From a virus: a stretch of DNA of 64,000 nt. Shown in pieces: positions 41,599 through 48,553 of this stretch. Position numbers and translations under genes: made by a program. Position 1 is the stretch's first letter, and every line of letters begins with the position of its first letter. Below the pieces are notes generated by a model. It was given only the letters and a program-made list of their open reading frames with translations, made no database searches and was not told the DNA's origin. The stretch spans positions 32,001 to 96,000 of the IMG/VR virus record IMGVR_UViG_3300032073_000003. One strand, given 5' to 3'.

Positions 41599-42061
41599 AT
41601 TACTAGAACAATAACAGGATACATATAACGTGTATCTTGTTACTTGTTTCACAATCCTCTTTTTTTCTAACCCTCTACTAGAACTGTATGCAACACTAAA
41701 GTGTTGTGTTTTTTTGTAATGTGATTAGTATTAAGTATAATACTATTGTATATTGCAAAGGGTTACAGAGTTATTTCTATAGAAGTAGTAGAGTATTGGT
41801 TACTCCATACAAATAACAAAATGTAATTCATTGATATTTAATGTTTTAGTCACATGTCTACAGTACGTGGAGACAAATAAATTAAATACTCTAAATAATT
41901 AACAGAAAACACTAAGTTTTTAGTGTTAATGTGTGTGTTATAGTGTTATTGAGTGCTAAACTACTCCACTATCTATACTCTTGTGTAAACTTACATAAAT
42001 ACCTTAAAACATCTATTACTATTAATATATATAGCTAACTTATAACTAAATACAAGAAATT

Positions 42062-42286
42062 ATGAAACAGATTACTTACTATGGTATTGGTGATATAATA
42101 CCTTTAAAGCTTATTCAGTCTATTAATGATTACTATAATGAAGTAGGAATTAATAGCTTCTGGGATTTTATTTATCATGGAGGTTTCCCAGAATATGTAG
42201 AAGCGTATATTCATCCGTCTGATGATATGCGTGATACTCCAATGTTTAACGAAATACAACAAGCATATATTAGTGCTTATGTATAG
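42062..42286 (+). CDS. Hypothetical protein
   Basis: 74 aa ORF with an A-rich upstream region. Confidence 0.5.
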   Translation: MKQITYYGIGDIIPLKLIQSINDYYNEVGINSFWDFIYHGGFPEYVEAYIHPSDDMRDTPMFNEIQQAYISAYV

Positions 42287-42637
42287 GAGATGTCTTTACT
42301 CCTTTCTTTAAAGACAATTAAATCTAATTACTTCATTCTAATATGCTGAATAGACCTGACTAGTCTTTAACAAGAATGATTATGTAGTTATATATATCTG
42401 TTAGGACATACCAAAAACCTTTAGCAAGTTTTGTAGTCCGTTAGCCTTATATCTTTCCTATGTTGGTAGCTTAGTGGAGAGATTATATTTATACAACTAA
42501 ATTCCTACGAAGTTCTTTCTTATGTTTTACGAGAAAAGATTATGCAAGTAGGTGCGTAATCTTTTTTTATAAATATTTATTATTCAATAGAGAAATGAGT
42601 CAAGCAATACCAATAAGCACTCTATTGATATATATAT

Positions 42638-42717
42638 GCCATTAAAGCTCTTTTAAGAGTTAGATGACACGTCTAAATAATATGACAGGGTAAGTTTGAA
42701 TCTTACTAGTGGCACCA
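42638..42717 (+). ncRNA. tRNA-like element (degenerate tRNA or tRNA mimic) with encoded CCA
   Basis: 7-bp acceptor GCCATTA/TAGTGGC, discriminator A, CCA. T-arm GTAAG-TTTGAAT-CTTAC abuts the acceptor strand. D-like GCTC/GAGT arm. The anticodon arm is non-canonical. Confidence 0.55.
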
Positions 42718-42850
42718 AAAAAACCAAAACATCAGTTCCTATTTAAACTATAAATAGAGAAGTTGTGTACCAATAGAGTTTGAAATTACAATCAGGACAA
42801 TTATACTGACCGTCCGTAATTTGGTCTCTATTGTTAAGCAACATAAAACC

Positions 42851-42878
42851 AAGGAGTGTGTCTTCGGATGCACTCCTT
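42851..42878 (+). other. 12-bp hairpin with cUUCGg tetraloop
   Basis: AAGGAGTGTGTC-TTCG-GATGCACTCCTT, with two G-U pairs. Confidence 0.75.
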
Positions 42879-42906
42879 TAACATGTAACCAATAAATAAC
42901 AGATAT

Positions 42907-43149
42907 ATGAATGCAAAAATGATTACATCAGAAAAAGTTAACAAAGTAATTACAATTGAAGATTGTAAAGAAATGAATTCAGTTAATTCTCAATTAATTG
43001 AATTAACTCAAACACTCTATAAAAAAGAGTTAACATTTAAACAAATTAATAAGATATGTGCTATGTCTTATTTAGATAAATTATGGTTAATAGCACAATA
43101 TAAAGTTGATCTTAGAATAGATAGTTTACCGGATTTATCTAATCTATAA
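42907..43149 (+). CDS. Hypothetical protein
   Basis: 80 aa ORF embedded in the structured block. Confidence 0.5.
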   Translation: MNAKMITSEKVNKVITIEDCKEMNSVNSQLIELTQTLYKKELTFKQINKICAMSYLDKLWLIAQYKVDLRIDSLPDLSNL

Positions 43150-43153
43150 TCAT

Positions 43154-43279
43154 TACAAACATAAAAAGTTCCTATTATATAAACATAGACAAAAATACTT
43201 TTCGTTTGTAACTTTATCAGAAAGACATAGAAAGTTCCTATTTAAGCTATAAATAAGAAAAATACTTTCCGTCTTTCTG
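43154..43279 (+). ncRNA. Two tandem homologous long hairpins with compensatory substitutions
   Basis: Copies at 43154-43210 and 43218-43279 share the layout stem/ATA-vs-C bulge/RAAAGT:ACTTTY/TCCTAT...AAAAT. Confidence 0.55.
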
Positions 43280-43391
43280 TGTTAAAATACCATTTCAACT
43301 TCCCAAGGGTTGACAGTTTTATACTGAGTATTGAGGGGCACACTTATTATACACTTATTATATATTTATTAAACACTTAAAAAACAAAAAA

Positions 43392-45182
43392 ATGAAAGAA
43401 ATTAAATTGTTTGGCAAAGCACTAAACACAAAAAACGTTAGTCCAATTGAAGTAAATGAATTAGCAACTGTAAAAGGATATGTAGTACATCCTGATTGTT
43501 GTAATGAAAGAGTAATGACATTTTTGTCATCTATTCCTAATAATTACAATACTAGTTTTTACGCGTCTGTTGCAGATGTTGTAGAAAAGGATAGAACTGA
43601 ATTACTTATAGATCAGATTTTACATTATGCATCTACATATGGTACTGAATATGCAGGTCAAGTATTTGTTCCTAATGAAAACTTTGGTCTTATTGATGAA
43701 CCTATAATTGATTTTAGTGATTGTAAAGTTATTGAACCTATTACTGTAGAAGAGATTACTGAAAAAATTACTCAATTATTGTCTTCTGGTATTGCAATGA
43801 AACAAGATACATTAACTAATATTTTTGATTTGATTTCTGAATTCTTTATTGATATAAATCCTGAAGATGTTAAGAATATTGAAGCAAAAATGATGTTATT
43901 TAATTTATTAGGTGTTTTACCTAGTAATCCTGAAGAATTTGTTAGATTGATGATATATAAATTAACTGATTCTACTCTTGTTATTAAGAATAGACAATTA
44001 ATTAATAGTATTAAACATCAACAAGATAATCAACAAATTATTGGAGTTTGTGATGATATAGAGCAATTTGGATTAGAAAAGTTATCTTCTGTTTTCTTTA
44101 GATATAAACCAATTTTTCTTGCATTAAGAGGTTTAAGTTCTGATGCTCGTAAGATTACTAATAAATTAAGAAAACTTGCTAATAAACATCATAAACCATT
44201 TGTTTCTGGTTATTGGGAAACTATTCTTAGTAAAGATACTTTAGAGGTTAATGAATTTCTAAAAAAATCTAAAGACTTATCTAACTTTAAGTTAGTAAGG
44301 TTGATTAAGGCTATTGATGGAAAACTTACAGATACTGAATCTGAATTCTTTCTTATCAGAAATGGTAAAAGTTTTATTAAAGATACTACAGATAATGTAA
44401 AAAATGATAAAACTTTACTTTGGATGAAAAGTATGTTAGAAATTACTCTTATTCAAAACATTTCAGAAAAAGTTAATGGTAAAACAATAAAATTACCTGA
44501 TAATATACGACTATCTATTCCTACTTCAGAGAAAACATATGTAGGTAATATACCATTTGGTAGCTATATCATTCCTTCAAAAAGTAATTCTGTTTTTGGA
44601 ATTAATTGGTTTGGGGAAGATGGAGCTCAAGATTTGGATTTATCTTACATATCTTTAACTGGTAAAAAGTATGGATGGAATGATCGTTATAGTTCAGATA
44701 CAAATGATATTGTTTATTCTGGAGATATGACATCTGCTAATCCTGAAGCTTGTGAATATATGTTTTGTAAAAATGGTCTTGAAAATGGAATTATATCTGT
44801 TAATGTATATAACGGAAAAGATAATTCTAAATATAGATTTTTTATTGGTCAAACTAATAATGATTTTACTGTAAGTAGTAATACTCCAGATGAAAGCATA
44901 ATAGATTTTTCTACATCATTAAAAATTACAGGTGAAGCCTGTATTGGATTTTATATAGATGGAAGAATATATTTTGCAGATTTAAATCAAGGTTCATCTT
45001 CAGTTAGTCGTATAACACTAAATACTCAAAAAATGATTCAGTATTTTATTGATACTAAAGATTGTTTTTTGTATTGGGATAATATATTACCAATGGCAGG
45101 TGCTAATATAGTTACTGAAGGTAAATGTGATATTGATTTAAGTAATGGTGACGTTACTGAAATAATATCATTATTAGCATAA
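43392..45182 (+). CDS. Helical (ROT/TROVE-like) protein with C-terminal TerD-like domain
   Basis: 596 aa. 'QILHYASTYG' N-terminal motif, helical middle, TerD-type 'GINW.G....DLDLS' and 'YSGDMTSA.P.ACEY'. Architecture recalled for the Prok-RING_4-associated family, with no RING Cys cluster here. Confidence 0.6.
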   Translation: MKEIKLFGKALNTKNVSPIEVNELATVKGYVVHPDCCNERVMTFLSSIPNNYNTSFYASVADVVEKDRTELLIDQILHYASTYGTEYAGQVFVPNENFGLIDEPIIDFSDCKVIEPITVEEITEKITQLLSSGIAMKQDTLTNIFDLISEFFIDINPEDVKNIEAKMMLFNLLGVLPSNPEEFVRLMIYKLTDSTLVIKNRQLINSIKHQQDNQQIIGVCDDIEQFGLEKLSSVFFRYKPIFLALRGLSSDARKITNKLRKLANKHHKPFVSGYWETILSKDTLEVNEFLKKSKDLSNFKLVRLIKAIDGKLTDTESEFFLIRNGKSFIKDTTDNVKNDKTLLWMKSMLEITLIQNISEKVNGKTIKLPDNIRLSIPTSEKTYVGNIPFGSYIIPSKSNSVFGINWFGEDGAQDLDLSYISLTGKKYGWNDRYSSDTNDIVYSGDMTSANPEACEYMFCKNGLENGIISVNVYNGKDNSKYRFFIGQTNNDFTVSSNTPDESIIDFSTSLKITGEACIGFYIDGRIYFADLNQGSSSVSRITLNTQKMIQYFIDTKDCFLYWDNILPMAGANIVTEGKCDIDLSNGDVTEIISLLA

Positions 45183-45189
45183 TTCTTAT

Positions 45190-45218
45190 AGGTAGGGTGT
45201 AAAAACCCTATCTTTTTT
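45190..45218 (+). terminator. Intrinsic terminator
   Basis: AGGTAGGGT-GTAAAA-ACCCTATCT plus T-run. Confidence 0.7.
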
Positions 45219-45229
45219 ATAAATTTAAT

Positions 45230-45664
45230 ATGATTACAATGAAAACAAAAGAAAAAGCAATTATTGTTGATGTAGATGGTACATTAGCAGATATGAGAGG
45301 TATCAGAGGACCTTTTGATTGGAATAAAGTTTTACTAGATAATCCTCATCAAGATGTTATTGACCTTGTTAAAGATTTAGCAAGTCTTAAAAAATATAAA
45401 ATTATCATTACTACAGGTAGAGATGGTTCTTGTATGCAAGATACTGTTAAGTGGTTAGATAAATATAAAATTCCTTTTGATGATTTTTATATGAGACCTG
45501 AAGGTGACTTTAGAAAAGATAACATTATTAAGTCTGAAATCTATATGGATTTTATCAGACCTAAATATGATGTTAAATTTGTAGTTGATGATAGAAATCA
45601 AGTTGTTGATATGTGGAGATCATTAGGTTTACGTGTATTACAAGTAGCACCAGGAGACTTTTAA
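45230..45664 (+). CDS. HAD-family polynucleotide 3'-phosphatase (T4 PNKP/PseT C-terminal domain)
   Basis: 'IVDVDGTLA', 'ITTGR', 'MRPEGDFRKD..IK.E', 'VDDRNQVV.MWR.LGL.VLQV'. Confidence 0.85.
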   Translation: MITMKTKEKAIIVDVDGTLADMRGIRGPFDWNKVLLDNPHQDVIDLVKDLASLKKYKIIITTGRDGSCMQDTVKWLDKYKIPFDDFYMRPEGDFRKDNIIKSEIYMDFIRPKYDVKFVVDDRNQVVDMWRSLGLRVLQVAPGDF

Positions 45665-45757
45665 TACTAGGGTAGTGATTGTATACCGTGAAATTCGGAG
45701 TTATGAAATGTAGCAAACAGAAAACCTTTCACTACCCTTTTTATAAATTAATTTAAT

Positions 45758-46585
45758 ATGATTACAATGGAAGAAGTTACAATCATAGATGGAAAAACTT
45801 TGTATAATGAAAAATATAAATTTTTATTAGAACAAGATGTAGAATATCAAAAATTGAAATTCTATAGTGGACAAATACATAGTTTTGAATATTCTAGTAA
45901 AAAAATAACAAGTACTCATATTTATTGGAGTACTTCTATTAAAACTCCAATGTTTGAAAATAACAAATTATTTTTTAAACATAAAAATACAAGTGGAGCT
46001 TCTTATGACAGAAAAACTAAAAAAATTAAAATTTGGTTTGGACAAAGTATAAGAGACTTAAATTCTAATCTTCGAGTTGAAATATTTTGTCATCTTATTC
46101 CTTGGTTTATATCTTCAAATGATTATACAATTAGACAAAATTATATAACTATAATTACTAATGGTATATTAAATAGAATGATAAAAGGCTCTATTAAATG
46201 TAATGAAGATATAATAAAAGCATTTTGTAAATATAATCCTTATCGTACATTTAATTTAGATACTAAAAAGTTAAATATAGTATTATCAGAAACATCTTAT
46301 ATAAATTTAAGACAGTTTAAATATGTATTTTTAGCTTCTGAAAATCCTAACGATGTAGTAGATTTTATGTATAATAATAGAAACTCTACATCTCCCTCTT
46401 ATATTACTGATCATATAGAAATTAGTAAATTAGCATTATCTATAGGAGAAAAAATTAATATTTACTGGAATAACACTAAATATACTAATAAACATGTTAG
46501 TTTTTTAGAACAGAAAAAAGATTTGGAAATTATTTATTCACATTTATTGAGTATAGAAAAACCAAAAGAAGATTTACCTTTTTAA
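45758..46585 (+). CDS. Hypothetical protein
   Basis: 275 aa ORF. Confidence 0.7.
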   Translation: MITMEEVTIIDGKTLYNEKYKFLLEQDVEYQKLKFYSGQIHSFEYSSKKITSTHIYWSTSIKTPMFENNKLFFKHKNTSGASYDRKTKKIKIWFGQSIRDLNSNLRVEIFCHLIPWFISSNDYTIRQNYITIITNGILNRMIKGSIKCNEDIIKAFCKYNPYRTFNLDTKKLNIVLSETSYINLRQFKYVFLASENPNDVVDFMYNNRNSTSPSYITDHIEISKLALSIGEKINIYWNNTKYTNKHVSFLEQKKDLEIIYSHLLSIEKPKEDLPF

Positions 46586-46626
46586 AAATAGTATATCTAA
46601 GATATGCTTTTCCATAAATGGAATAT

Positions 46627-46652
46627 GGGAGTGATTTATTTCACTCCCTTTT
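46627..46652 (+). terminator. Intrinsic terminator
   Basis: GGGAGTGA-TTTATT-TCACTCCC-TTTT. Confidence 0.75.
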
Positions 46653-46744
46653 CATTGTTAGCTATATATTATTAAATATTATTAATTTATGTAATAATAT
46701 CAATATAAATATTATATATTTATCAAAATATCTAGTATTAAATA

Positions 46745-46969
46745 ATGCTTTATCAGCTTCCAAACGGAAAAGTCATACACATCTCTATAGAAGAGTATCT
46801 TGAATTAACAGATGAAGATATACAATATCTTATGTCTTTAGATTATGGTGAGCATATTACAGATCCTTTTAGTGGTTCTGCATTAAAGAAAAACACTAAA
46901 TCAAGACGTTCTGACTTCAATCAAGAAGATATAGACGAGAATTTATCAGATAATCTATTTGATATATAA
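46745..46969 (+). CDS. Acidic hypothetical protein
   Basis: 74 aa. Confidence 0.65.
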   Translation: MLYQLPNGKVIHISIEEYLELTDEDIQYLMSLDYGEHITDPFSGSALKKNTKSRRSDFNQEDIDENLSDNLFDI

Positions 46970-47105
46970 AATTTCTTAACAATTTGAATACGTAGTTTAT
47001 AGTCTAGAATTTAAACTACTACTTACCTTAACTTGAGTACTTAAGGATATAGCAAAACAGACACTCAAACAATCAATTATTTATTTATTTATTAAAAATT
47101 AAGTT

Positions 47106-47588
47106 ATGAACTCAAAAGTAACAGTATTAGCCGATGAAGCAACAGGAAGTGTTGTTAATGTTTCAAAAAATAACCCTGATTACGGATATATCCGCGTAGA
47201 ACAGATCAGAACTATGATTGATGATAATGGTTTCTTACGTAGAAAACCAGTATCTGCATTAATCCCAGGAACTGTAGAAGAACTACAAGCAACAGGTTTC
47301 TTTGCTGGACAACAATTAGATGGTAAAATTGTAGTACAAGAATCACTTGAAGCATTTAATGAAAAAGAACCAACTCGTGATCTTAAAGTTGCAGGTGAAA
47401 CAGGTATAGTATGTACATTAGGTGGATTACCAATTTACAGAAGAACAAAAATGAGTTTCAATGGAAATTCTGAAGATTCACTTATCAAACATGATAACAT
47501 TGAAGAATTACGTCAAGCATATCAAAGTGCTAAACCTAATTCTGATGTTATGGCAGAAGCTGGTAAGAATACAGAATTTAGTGTATAA
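47106..47588 (+). CDS. Beta-rich hypothetical protein (possible ssDNA-binding protein)
   Basis: 160 aa, highly biased codons, own terminator, short acidic/hydrophobic C-tail (..NTEFSV). Confidence 0.55.
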   Translation: MNSKVTVLADEATGSVVNVSKNNPDYGYIRVEQIRTMIDDNGFLRRKPVSALIPGTVEELQATGFFAGQQLDGKIVVQESLEAFNEKEPTRDLKVAGETGIVCTLGGLPIYRRTKMSFNGNSEDSLIKHDNIEELRQAYQSAKPNSDVMAEAGKNTEFSV

Positions 47589-47606
47589 ACATTAAATTAA
47601 AGGTTA

Positions 47607-47633
47607 AAAAGGGGAATGTAATGTTCCCCTTTT
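47607..47633 (+). terminator. Intrinsic terminator (bidirectional-looking)
   Basis: AAAAGGGGAAT...GTTCCCCTTTT. Confidence 0.75.
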
Positions 47634-47657
47634 ATTTATTTATGAATTAAAAATTGT

Positions 47658-48149
47658 ATGATTAATATGGAAAAGCTTAAAAAACAGATCAAGAATTATC
47701 AAGTATATGGTAGTAAAACATATATGGAATATGAACAAGATAAATATTCAAAATATCAAAATTATTTATATAAAAGAGCTTTATATGGATTAAAAAGTCT
47801 TCCAAAAGAAGAAATAGAACAGATGTGTGATAGAAAAAAAAGAAGAATCAATAGTGTTCATTACAGAGCACAAGGTGTATTAAATATAGTAAAACAAAAA
47901 ATTACTATTAAATATACAAATGAATTTTTTAAAACATTTTTTTCACATTCTAAATTTGCTAAAGATATAATTGAATATGAAGAAGTAGATAAAAATTTTA
48001 AAAATCAATTAAATTTTAAAGATTTATCATTGTCTAAAGATAGTATAGTTAGTATATTTATTGAAGAAGGAATTCTACCTAAAAACTTTTTAAATTTAAC
48101 ACAAAAACCAATAGGGTTACCAAATTTAAAAAATGAAAGTAAAGCTTAA
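47658..48149 (+). CDS. Hypothetical protein
   Basis: 163 aa, basic. Confidence 0.65.
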   Translation: MINMEKLKKQIKNYQVYGSKTYMEYEQDKYSKYQNYLYKRALYGLKSLPKEEIEQMCDRKKRRINSVHYRAQGVLNIVKQKITIKYTNEFFKTFFSHSKFAKDIIEYEEVDKNFKNQLNFKDLSLSKDSIVSIFIEEGILPKNFLNLTQKPIGLPNLKNESKA

Positions 48150-48543
48150 AGAATGTGATGGTTGTCAAAAGACAACTGTCATATGGAAGAACCATGAGGG
48201 ATTTAGATACTGTAAGTATTGCTGGAGTTGCCATTCTAGTAACAAAAAGTCACAGAAACCAATTAAATCTGTTACCAGAGTCCCTCGGGTTTCTTCTAAA
48301 AGGAAAAAGAAAGATCAAGAGTATCTTAGATTAAGAAAAAGATATCTTACAGAAAACCATTTATGTGTAGTAAATGTAAAAGGTTGTACTAATAGTGCAA
48401 CTGATGTACATCATACATATGCTGGTAGTAATAGAGAAGCATTTTATTTAGTTCAAAGTACATGGTTACCCGTGTGTAGAAATTGTCATGATTGGATTCA
48501 TGCAAATCCTGCAGATGCTAGAACAATGAAATGGTTAAAATAA
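48133..48543 (+). CDS. HNH-type nuclease with Zn fingers
   Basis: CxxC/CxxC N-terminal finger and 'C....C...ATDVHH...VCRNCHDWIH'. Confidence 0.75.
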   Translation: MKVKLKECDGCQKTTVIWKNHEGFRYCKYCWSCHSSNKKSQKPIKSVTRVPRVSSKRKKKDQEYLRLRKRYLTENHLCVVNVKGCTNSATDVHHTYAGSNREAFYLVQSTWLPVCRNCHDWIHANPADARTMKWLK

Positions 48544-48553
48544 TTTAAATATT

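Larger units (their letters stand above)
40212..41681 (+). promoter_or_regulatory. Four copies of CTAACCCTnnACTRR (40212, 40612, 41112, 41667), candidate phage early promoters
   Basis: Exact CTAACCCT core in all four, same orientation, intergenic. Three copies lie 40-49 nt before an ATG. Confidence 0.6.

Noticed and set aside
42219-42230. CTGATGA hammerhead-like core
   Set aside because: Lies in the 74-aa ORF, and no flanking stems with a matching GAAA/cleavage site could be built.
42462-42490. TAGCTTAGTGGAGAG resembles a tRNA D-arm
   Set aside because: No matching acceptor stem, anticodon arm or T-arm found downstream.
43341-43362. Tandem CACTTATTATA duplication before the 596-aa gene
   Set aside because: Only two AT-rich copies, and simple slippage is a sufficient explanation.
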